Position numbers and translations under genes: made by a program. From the NCBI GenBank assembly GCA_002104905.1, contig MCFE01000016.1:186001-250000 (forward strand): a DNA stretch of 64,000 bases. The letters run 5' to 3'. This stretch comes from Basidiobolus meristosporus CBS 931.73 (taxonomy: Eukaryota > Fungi > Basidiobolomycota). Positions 12,928-23,205 of the stretch are shown here, piece after piece. A model generated the notes under the pieces. The model saw nothing but the letters and a program-made list of their open reading frames with translations, did no database searches and was not told the origin of the DNA. Positions within the stretch are counted from its first letter, which is position 1. Every line of letters starts with the position of its first letter.

Positions 12928-13947
12928 GGTTTTTGATGTTCGCAGATTCCAAGAATTTGTAGTGTTGGTAGGGATAGGGAGAGTCGGAAGTTATATAGAC
13001 AATAGCGATACGCTTATGGATGACTTGTCAGTCAAGCGTCATGACGTCGTTCGACCATACCATTAGATCATCCAGTCGCAGACGAAGCGACATGAAGACG
13101 AGGAGTTGCTCTATAAGTCACGAAGATTCGCCACGAACACGACTGGTCATGGCCAAAGTAGATGGAGAATCGTCGTTTAAGGGATTGGGCGTTGGGAGGA
13201 GAGTCATCGTTGTAGCTCTGTTGATGTCATTGTAGCCACGATGCATAAGTGCGATAAGGAATACTCTGCCTACCAAGGAGGAGAATCATGGTAATCGGCC
13301 ATCCGCCTGGATATGCTAACTGATGGTGTGTGCAGCTGTGCGGTGAATCAAGCTTATGGTGTCGTTGCCAGTATAGGAAGGCTAACCTACTGGTTGTAAT
13401 GGTTCAGAGCGGCAGCGGCTAGAGACATAACACATAGAATGTGCAGCGTGTGATGTAACAAGAGATAGCATAAGGGATTTTGGATCACCTCCAATCTGAT
13501 GTCACGCAATCGAAGCAGCATGCAGTCTCCAAGTCAGATCTTGCCCATGACACCGGGAGTTGATGAGAGTGCAATGATGCTAACGCATCGTATCCAATCT
13601 GGAACCAGAGCCTAGGTGGTCTCATTTAGAACTCTCTTCGTCAAATCACCAGCTCCCCATCTGGTTGATTGTATCATACACCCACAATGCCGCAGGACAG
13701 ATGGCTTACATCAGACTTCAGTCGTCCATATCAGGCGAGATGAGCAGAATCCCGACAATGGGGATATTCAGCGTCATAGATATTGGATAGTCAAGCAGGA
13801 AGCACCTCCATATTTAGGATCACCCACTGGACAAGGAAAACCAACTGCGAATGAGCAGGCCAGAGGATAGTATAAGTAAGGAGCGCTACGAGCATAAAGA
13901 GAAGAGCCTCAACCTTATTTACAAGCAACATATATACATACACTAAC

Positions 13948-14409
13948 ATGGAGCCTTTTAACCCCCAATATTACGGGAACCTACGCTTCGCTGAAAACAA
14001 GAATATGCGCGACTCGTTCATCGCACTGTTCGCTTTTTGGATCATTTGGGCGCTGCTGATTCTCGCTGACCACGGATCGGATTTCACAAGGGCCGAGAGC
14101 ACACCAGCTACTGTCGACTCCGCTTCCACAGCCAACTTCTTCACCAAATTCCGAAGAAATATAAGCCATTCGCGAAGAATTGCTCGGAACGTATTTATCA
14201 CCATGCTATGGATGGTAGCTTCCAGTACCCTTGGATTCGGTCTCACTCGGGGCTCGATGATCCTCACATGGATTTATTTCGTTGTAGGACTCGCTTGGGT
14301 ACTTGTGGATCTTGTTCTGCCCAATGGTATCATTGACTTTGCTTTTGGTTCCTTGGAGTTTATACTAGCATTGGCCGTGATGGGTATCGGCTTCAGTAAA
14401 GGATGGTGA
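13948..14409 (+). CDS. Hypothetical multi-pass membrane protein, paralog of 12400-12927
   Basis: 153-aa ORF, good ATG context (cactaacATGG), TATA-like TATAAG upstream (~13870), clear alignment to the divergent neighbour. Confidence 0.75.
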   Translation: MEPFNPQYYGNLRFAENKNMRDSFIALFAFWIIWALLILADHGSDFTRAESTPATVDSASTANFFTKFRRNISHSRRIARNVFITMLWMVASSTLGFGLTRGSMILTWIYFVVGLAWVLVDLVLPNGIIDFAFGSLEFILALAVMGIGFSKGW

Positions 14410-15391
14410 TTCTCTGAATCGAAGTAGTGATCTGCAGCAATTTATCAGGCTCCCCTCAGGGTTGACGCTGATAATAGTGACCGCAAAGGACTCAAATTCA
14501 TCCGAGAGGAATCTAAATCTGTCTAATCTCCATGTTTTATGGTATAAAAAATAAAATTGTGCTTATGTCGTCATACCCAGTCTTGGTACTTTTGCTCCTG
14601 GGATGCGTTTTTGGATTACTTTTAGAGATGCACTCTTCGTAGTTCATTGGCGTGGCCATATATTCACCTTATTTTTGTAGATTTCGATGGTTTGCAAATA
14701 TCGGAATGCTAGCCGTGGTTCAAACTCTGAATCGGAATAGGTCAACAGTAGCAAAACCTACAGTTTCAATCATTGATATAAACTGTGAGCCTATTTCTAT
14801 ATATGTTTACCAAGTTGCGAATTAAGGTAGTTCCAGTGATTGTCAAAGATCTCAAACTTATCCAGATCGCTGAAAGTAAAAGTGGGAATTTGGAAGTGAT
14901 ATGGAGGATTTGGAAGAAAGAGTTGCGTCACTGGTAGATTTATTGGGTTGAGGTAATACCCTAACACTTTGGTGTGAAATCTGCAAGTGTACTTGATGTA
15001 GGCCCTGGTAAGCTGCTTTTGAACCTTGTGGCCTTTTGGGCATGTTTGAAAATAAGGAAACTTTCAGCATATCTACTCTTTCCAAGAATTGGTCAATAGT
15101 AAATGAAGTTAACTGACATTAATTCCATAATAAAGAAGGGTCTGTGAATTATATAATATTTGGGTGTAATATTAATTTTGTGCAACACCATCTAGTCTTA
15201 TGCTTCTCGCACAGCATTGGGATAGGTTTCCACATGCACCTGCATTACTATTACATTGTTACAAAATAATACAATACTTCTGCCCTGAATATATATCAGC
15301 TACAACACATGTACAATAATTACATGTTGATAATGTCACAAATGTCCAGCTTGGTGATTGATTGATTGTATTTTCTACAAATAGTATTTTT

Positions 15392-15534
15392 TGTTGTAAG
15401 AGTCTTGGAGATATTGGAAGTGATTGGGAGAACAAGTAGATTATGTGGTTTTCACTTAATGATTTATTGAATGTAAAAGTAGTATTTATACTTTTACATG
15501 GTCTTGGCATAGTAAACACAAAGAATAGGCTTAG
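15392..15534 (-). mobile_element. Copia LTR family B, solo LTR, 3' part (split by element A)
   Basis: Reverse complement matches the 3' end of the LTRs at 17941-18290 and 55987-56336 (ends ...CTCTTACAACA). Confidence 0.85.
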
Positions 15535-15883
15535 TGTTGTAATTATTGAATTGTCACCTAAATATTCATGCTAACTTAGTCACATAGATCTTATTCTGTG
15601 ATTAGCATTCTGTCCTGACTAGATTTCTTGTTGGGATTTACTTAGAATATTTTCACCAAATTGTCAGGTACCCAGATTATTATTTTTCTCAAAGTTGTCC
15701 AAAAGACCCCAAACTTTGCACACATATTCTTGGGACCTTCCTTAACAAACTCTACACGTTTGTTTCCTCTACTTTATCAAAAGTATAAATACCATACTTT
15801 TGATCAATAAATCTACAAGTGAATAACATGTAAATCCTCTAGTTCTCCACATCACTTCCAATACTCCTCAGAATATTGCAACA
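15535..15883 (+). repeat. 5' LTR, family A
   Basis: TGTTGTAATT...ATTGCAACA; matches 18852-19200 with one mismatch seen by eye. Confidence 0.95.
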
Positions 15884-15895
15884 GGTTATGAGCCC
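15884..15895 (+). promoter_or_regulatory. Primer-binding site (tRNAiMet anticodon-arm type)
   Basis: GGTTATGAGCCC directly after the LTR; reverse complement GGGCTCATAACC matches the initiator tRNA-Met anticodon arm. Confidence 0.85.
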
Positions 15896-17940
15896 TGAGC
15901 TTGCTGTCCTCTTGGTGTCTACTATGCTTTGGATCCTTTTCTGCTAGTCTGGAGAAAGACTTTCCGCACTATTGCTCCGCTAAGGTTAAAGAAGACTACC
16001 GCTGCTAAAGGACTATGTTTATGAGGATATTGCTGTGGAGAAGAAGGCCTTGCCTTCAAAAGATGCCTTCAGTAACTATCCAAGTTAGTTATGAAGAAGA
16101 GTCAATCAAACTGGCATGTAATTGTGTCAAGAAATATAGTATGTTGGTGCTCTACCACTACTGAAGAAAATTGCGTAAATCCAGCAATTGAGGGTCCAGA
16201 TCTACAATGAAATATACTGCAATATGTATTCATATGACCCCAGTTGACTGTTAGACGAGCTCTTGGATAGGATATTATCCTGAATTGCAAAAAAAAAAAT
16301 AGATCATTATTAAATGATTGCCGGAGGAGGATTTTACCAAAAATCTGTTGCCACTCAAAATACAGCTGAGAATGCAAATACTGGAGCTGTTAGCCGCCAT
16401 TCTGGACTATCTACTGATGGAAAAAGATCTCAGAAACAAGCTTCCTGAATTTTAAGGATCCCAATGATATGTAATACATATATATCCACCTGGAGTACGA
16501 ATATGTACTACACAATCCATTAGAAGAATGCTATAATTGTATCAAGTGTTTTGATACTGAAACCAGTGTACCAGGAGCTAAATATGGAGCTGTTAGACGT
16601 GCTATCACTCTGTTTAAGTCTCAAAACAGTGGGAGAAAGTATTATACAAATTTAGCAAAATCAACTCATGAAGATTCTACCGCCAGCCAAAGGAGTGAAG
16701 CATATAATTGCAAGCCTGATTGGAGTATACAACCAAGCAACAGTTGGTCAGTACACAGCTAAGAGCCACTCAGAAGATAACACAGTACTTTATACTTGTT
16801 ATATATATATCACTTATTACAGTGGGAGAAAACACTTGGTGATATTTAACTTCTCTGGATAAGATCAAAAGAATTTTGATTGATCAAGTCACCGCCAAGT
16901 TCTGCAACTCAAAATACTGATATATTGGAGTCTGATACCAAAGTATTGATGAAGCTAGCTATCAAATGCAGTTTATTTGATCAAATTTGGTCAACTCTAT
17001 CAAAAGTTATGAATGATCTAAGTGGATGCTGATTTTGATTATTTCACTCTCAAATAGTCAGATATTCTGGAACAATGATGTCATGGAGACTCTTGTGCTC
17101 AAAAACACCGTGGTCCCACCTGCAAGGAAGTCCAGAACCACCCCACAAAAGGAATTATCCCTGGGTCATCAGCAGAAAAAGAAAAGAAGAAAAAATGGAA
17201 AATACTACTACCGCAAACTAGGGTACTTCCCAAATGGTGCCAAAACTTATGTAGGCCATATTTGGACTATCTGGCAATGCAGATATGTTCTATGGAGCCT
17301 CTTGTACGAAGTTCTCAAGCTAGAAACCCCAGAAGAGCCTTGAAACTTCAACAGGATCTGTTAGATATTGTAGTATATATTGGAACAGATTATTTAGTGC
17401 AGAAGTCTTGATGTCTGCTGTCTATGGAGCTGAAAGAAAAAGGTGCAAGGATCAACCAGATGGTTTTTATGGATTCTGAAGACACTGAGAAGATCAGTTA
17501 GCCTTGGAAACCAAGCTCAAGGTTGAAAATAACTATCAGGAGAATAAGGATAATCAAAGCCCTTGTTAAGGAGAATCTCACTTCTGGAAAAGCGCCAATC
17601 TCTATTCTACAAGTATATTCTGATAAGACAAAAGCAGCTGTATCAATCCAAATCAGTAGAAGCACTCTAAGAATAGCTACCAAACAACCCATGGTGTTGT
17701 CCAATACCAAACTGGGTAAATCAAGAAGCAAATGGACTTTGAATCTACCGCATATGAAGTAATCAGTCCAAAGAAAGTTATTGCTATTTAAAGAAGACAA
17801 AGATGACCATTCTAGATCATATTTGTGGATCTGAATCACTAAACAGACGTGGTTCAAGTGGGAGCAGGCCATCCCAGCTCAGAGTTGAGCAAAAACCTTC
17901 TTTTTTTGGCCATGTTATATGTGCCACAGTGCCAGGAAAC

Positions 17941-18290
17941 TGTTGTAAAAATTCGTATTTTCCACCTAAATATTCACCTAACTTAGTCACTTAGATCATC
18001 ATCTTCAAATCCTAGAGAATACTGACCAAATTCCTTGTCGGGATTTACTTAGAATATTTTCACCAAAATACCAGGTACCCAGAACATGAAAATTCTCAAA
18101 GTTGTCCAAACAGCCCCAAACTTTGCACACATGTTCTTGGGACCTTCCTTAATCTATTCTACGTGTTTGTAATGCCAAGACCATGTAAAAGTATAAATAC
18201 TACTTTTACATTCAATAAATCATTAAGTGAAAACCACATAATCTACTTGTCCTCCCAATCACTTCCAATATCTCCAAGACTCTTACAACA
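17941..18290 (+). mobile_element. Solo LTR, family B, nested in element A
   Basis: 350 bp TGTTGTAAAA...CTTACAACA; TSD GAAAC at 17936-17940 and 18291-18295; about 10 differences from 55987-56336. Confidence 0.92.
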
Positions 18291-18851
18291 GAAACAAGGA
18301 TAATCCGGATCAGGCGTAAATGACAAAACCTTAACTTGACCCAAAGTAGGTCACTATTTTTTACCTCATATAGCATCTATATGATGGAAGTAACTGTCCC
18401 TGAGCCTAATATGGACACACAGTGAAATTGTCTAAATGGATTAGACTGTTGGCCGGAAATAAGGAAACTCCAGATCTGCCGTAAATGACAAAACCTTAAC
18501 TTGACCAAAAGTGGGTCAATTTTGCTCAAATAAGAAGCATTGGATAGCCCAGAGGCTATATACCATTATTACAATCTGTCAATTAGACTCAGCTTATTAT
18601 TCAAGCCCGTACAACTGATCAAAGTTGATGATTAGTATTATGATCAGATCATTCAGATTTTTAGGCATATTACTAAGTAGATATGCATACTGAATTCCAA
18701 GTTACTTGTTCTATTAAGTTGAACACAAATGCATACACCTTTGGATAATATATTAGTCCAGTATGCAAAACAGTTAAATCTTATACGCTTATTACAGATT
18801 GCACACTCACAATATGTATTTATTACTCATGAATATTTTGTTGAGTGGGAG

Positions 18852-19200
18852 TGTTATAATTATTGAATTGTCACCTAAATATTCATGCTAACTTAGTCAC
18901 ATAGATCTTATTCTGTGATTAGCATTCTGTCCTGACTAGATTTCTTGTTGGGATTTACTTAGAATATTTTCACCAAATTGTCAGGTACCCAGATTATTAT
19001 TTTTCTCAAAGTTGTCCAAAAGACCCCAAACTTTGCACACATATTCTTGGGACCTTCCTTAACAAACTCTACACGTTTGTTTCCTCTACTTTATCAAAAG
19101 TATAAATACCATACTTTTGATCAATAAATCTACAAGTGAATAACATGTAAATCCTCTAGTTCTCCACATCACTTCCAATACTCCTCAGAATATTGCAACA
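18852..19200 (+). repeat. 3' LTR, family A
   Basis: Preceded by PPT, followed by TSD CTTAG. Confidence 0.95.
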
Positions 19201-19393
19201 CTTAGGAAGGTCCCAAGAGCCTGTGTGCAAAGTTTGGGGCTGCTTGGACTACTTCTCTAATTTTCATGTTCTGGGTAAATATTCCAAGTAAATCCCAACA
19301 TGGAAATTGGTCAGTATTCTCTAGGATTTGAAGGTAATGATCCAAGTGACTAAGTTAGATGAGTATTTAGGTGGAATTACAAATTTTACAACA
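19201..19393 (-). mobile_element. Copia LTR family B, solo LTR, 5' part (continuation of 15392-15534)
   Basis: Reverse complement gives TGTTGTAAAATTTGTAATTCCACCTAAATA...CTTTGCACACAGGCTCTTGGGACCTTCCTAAG, a diverged copy of the 5' part of LTR B; outer flanks TTTTT / TTTTC are a near-perfect TSD. Confidence 0.8.
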
Positions 19394-19639
19394 TTTTCAT
19401 GGTATCAATGTGTTTTGTTGTAAAGATCCAAGATATTCTTTACTATTTCTAAGTATTAGTAAAGTAATATATATTCAAGATCTATACAAAAGTATATAGA
19501 GTTTTAGATATTCAGTTTACATTTGAATCATTAATATACTTCAAGATTCTACTTAACTTACTGCTAAGCAATGAGTTGCCTACTTAAGATTCAGTCTGTG
19601 AAATGCTCAAGTGATGTTACTGAAGTAATCAAGATTTTC

Positions 19640-19834
19640 AGGCTTGTCCAAAAGCCCCAAAACTTTGCATACAACTTCCTAGAATTTTACTAAAGGCACT
19701 CCCATCATTAGCATCACAAAGCTCCTACAAAAGTATAAATAGCTTATTTTCAATCAATAAAAAGTTAAGTAGGCATCATACAATTACAGCAATTCCCCAA
19801 GTTACTTTCAGTATTCCTTAGATTTGTGCTGCAG
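19640..19834 (+). repeat. Degenerate LTR relic related to families A/B
   Basis: Contains the shared core TTGTCCAAAGCCCCAAAACTTTGCA and AAGTATAAAT; 5' boundary not resolvable. Confidence 0.4.
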
Positions 19835-19849
19835 CAAGCACCCTGACAA

Positions 19850-20830
19850 GCTCCAATATTGTCATCACTGTCAGTACTTCACAAACTTTAGTAATATATC
19901 AATATCTCACATACTAGCTTTTCTTGTGAAATGTAATTCTCATAAAATATGCAAGTTACCAAAGTGTTGTTAGTTCTGGTTTGTCAAGTATGTTGTAATT
20001 ATTAATTTGTCACCTAGATATTCATGCTAACTTAGTCACATAAATCTTATTCTTTGATTAGCATTCTGTCCTGACCAAATTTCTTGTTGGAATTTACTTA
20101 GAATATTTTCATCAAATTATCGGGTACCCAGATTATGATCTTTTTCAAAGTTGTCCAAAAGCCCCCAAACTTTGCACACATATTCTTGGGACCTTCCTTA
20201 ACAAACTATACACGTTTGTTTGCTCTACTTTATCAAAAGTATAAACACCATACTTTTGATCAATAGATCTATAAGTGAATAGCATGTATATCCTCTAGTT
20301 CTCCACATCACTTCCAATACTCCTCAGAATATTGCAACAAAGTACATCATTTCCAAACCATACACACTGTCAGCACCTTTGAAGTATTGCCTTATCAGTG
20401 CTATAAGATAAAGCTTGTGAGCTTTCCAGAGAATCTTGAGCTTGGTGTCATAAGAGTCTTCAAGAGAATGGAGGTTATTGGTATTACATATAGCTTAGGC
20501 TCCAAGCCATGTACACCACTTTCAAAGATTTTACTAACAAAGTTCATTTAATAGTATAGAGGCTCAGTCAGGTCTCAACAACTCAACTTGCGAGTATCAT
20601 GCAACTCTGCTGGTTCATCCAATCACTTCCAATTCTCTCCAGAGATTCTATTTGTACCCCAAATCATGTACAGCATCTCTAAGCTCTTACAGTAGCAACA
20701 GATTTAGGATGAGCATTTCAGGGTTTATCAATTGGTCAAGTCAAAGCTTAAGATATGTACATAATACAAGATAGTTTAATCATAAGTAAGCTCCAAGTCA
20801 TTTAATCATCTCCAGAGTCCACATCGCTCT
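19850..20830 (-). pseudogene. Decayed Copia RT/RNase H remnant (interrupted by the solo LTR at 19991)
   Basis: Minus-strand IRQYFKGADSVYGL (~20350-20400) resembles the Copia RT ILRYLKGT..YGL motif; CpG-poor; boundaries approximate. Confidence 0.35.
19991..20339 (+). mobile_element. Solo LTR, family A (more diverged)
   Basis: 349 bp TGTTGTAATT...ATTGCAACA; TSD AAGTA at 19986-19990 and 20340-20344. Confidence 0.92.
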
Positions 20831-21298
20831 CATCTGGAAGTGGAGCAATGTAGTACCAGTCAGCCTCAAGAAGCATTACCGTTTGTACCTTGGATGAGAT
20901 GGGAATATGGATTTGATGGGGAGATGAGGAAATCGATACATCTTGAGACCATCATGGCGACCAAAATAAAATCAGCGACTATTTGTATACATTACTCGCT
21001 TCCCCACACTGATTGGAATTTTTTTGGGGCTGACCATGTTACTCGCAAGTCTTCAGAAATGGGTATTTGGTGGCCTTTTAATGATATCAATTAATTTGAT
21101 CCAATAGGATGGGTGGATATGAGACTACATTGTTCACATTGGACTTGTTATCCGCTTTACCCTCTGTAATCACTCAGTACCTGCTCGCCACCAAGAGCAT
21201 AAGAAACTTCTCGAGTTTGGTAGCTTTGGTATCAGCAAACAGACTCAGTGGCCTTCCACATACATATCAACCTGTCCACTCTGAGTTGCGCTTGAAAC

Positions 21299-23205
21299 AT
21301 GTATAGAACAAACACTCGTAAGGCTGCAAGTGTCACCTCAACCTCCCGTGACGCTGATACTGTCTCGGCCGTTGAAAGCACCGCAAGCTCTGCCCGCCAG
21401 AGACAGTCCAAGCGTGATGAGATCATTCGGAAAAAAGCAGAGGCCGAGCTTTCTCGAAAGAAAACAACCCCCAAACGACAGGCCACTCGGTCCAAGAAAA
21501 CCCCAGGGACGGTTTCTGCGCTACACCATTCAGCCGCACTCACTATTCGTGAAAACATCTCCATCATTGAGGCGTCTCAGCTCATGGCAGCCAAAAGAAC
21601 CGATAGTGTGCTGGTCGTGGATTCCGAGGAGCATCTGTGCGGGATTTTCACCTCCGTCGACCTGACTTATCGCATTGTTGCCCAATCCCAAGATGCCCGC
21701 AACATCCCAGTTTCAGCCATCATGACCAAGAATCCACTCTGTGTCACCAACGATACCTCCGCCAGCGATGCTTTGAATATTATGGTGTATCACAACTTCC
21801 GCCATTTACCAATTTGTAACGATGAAGGGGATGTGGTGGCATTGCTCGATATCACCAAGTGTTTGTGTGAAGCGCTGGATAGGATGGAGCGTGCGTATGG
21901 CTCCAGCAGAAAGCTATACGATGCATTGGAGGGAATTGAGAAGGAGTGGTCGGTTCAACAAGCGCCAATGCTTCGTTTCATGGAATCTCTGCGGGACAAG
22001 ATGGCTTGTCCCGATTTGTCCATCCTTCTTGATGGAACCAGCCCGCCAGAAGTTTCGCCTAGGACCAGCGTTCATGACGCAGCCAAGTTAATGAAAGAGC
22101 AGAAGACCAATGCAGTACTGGTCATGGAGAATGCTCAACTGGTCGGCATCTTCACCACCAAGGATGTTGTTTTACGTGTTATTGCTGCTGGATTGGATCC
22201 CACCAAATGTAGCGTCGTGAGAGTGATGACCCCACATCCCGACTGCGCTAGTGTTGATTTGACGATCCTCGAGGCTTTGAGAAAGATGAACGGTAATACC
22301 ACAGCTTGGCTCCTTTGGGGACTTGTATTTCAGTGCTAAGCATTGCTATTTCTAGACGGTAACTACACCAATCTTCCGGTGATAAATCCCTCGGAGCAGA
22401 TTATTGGATTAGTCGATGTTCGCAAATTAACCCATGTAACCTTGAAGACTGTGAGTATTCCTACCTGGCTTCCGCACTTGCGCATATAGTCATCTTACTA
22501 ATCCCTTACCAGCTTGAAAACATCCAAAGCGGAGATTCCGAATCGGATGTCGGCCCAGTATGGAGCAAATTCTTCACGGCTTATGACAATGACACGGAAT
22601 CCATCACCTCCGACGCCCGTAGATCTGAAATCCAGGTACCCGGCACCCCGGAGATTTACCCCCACGAGTCTGCCTCGGTTGTGGAAGAGACTGCCTCAGG
22701 TGTATACTCCTCTTCTTACCTGGCCGACGGGACCTTTGTATTTAAATACAGCACCTCAGACGGGAAGGTCCATCGCATCATAACCGAGTCGAACAACTTT
22801 GAGAAACTCCGCGACATCATGTACTCAAAGCACCACAGTCTAGATGGCGAAGATCAGGATATTTGCTATGTTGACGACGAGGGGGATGTTGTGGTCATAT
22901 CCAGTGACGCCGATCTGCAGCATGCTGTTAACATGGCCAGGCACCATGGGTTGGATCGACTAAAGGTCTCCATCGGAACCGAATTCGTCGAGAACTCCCA
23001 TGAAGAAACCCGATCAGAGGTTCGTGGATCAACACCTGTCCCCACACCTAGCGAACCAACCCCAACCCCAACCCCTACTCCGTCACAGCCATCTAAGCCC
23101 AAGGGCTCATTCGGATTGCCAATTTCCGATGAGCTGCTCTATGGACTTGCGGGAGGATTCGCGGTTGCCACCGTGTTGGGATTTGTCATGTCCAGAATGA
23201 AATAA
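21299..23205 (+). CDS. CBS-CBS-PB1 protein with C-terminal TM (Mug70/CBSCBSPB-like)
   Basis: CBS pairs (MAAKRTDSVLVVD...GIFTSVDL; FRHLPI; GIFTTKDVVLRV), PB1 (YVDDEGDVVVISSDADL), C-terminal TM; introns 22293-22355 and 22451-22512 keep the frame. Confidence 0.9.

Larger units (their letters stand above)
15535..19200 (+). mobile_element. Copia-type LTR retrotransposon family A, non-autonomous/decayed interior
   Basis: 349-bp LTRs at 15535-15883 and 18852-19200 (TG...CA); PBS GGTTATGAGCCC 15884-15895; PPT GAGTGGGAG 18843-18851; TSD CTTAG at 15530-15534 and 19201-19205; interior has stop-riddled pol-like remnants (LKPVYQELNMELLDV resembles the Copia protease end). Confidence 0.92.
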
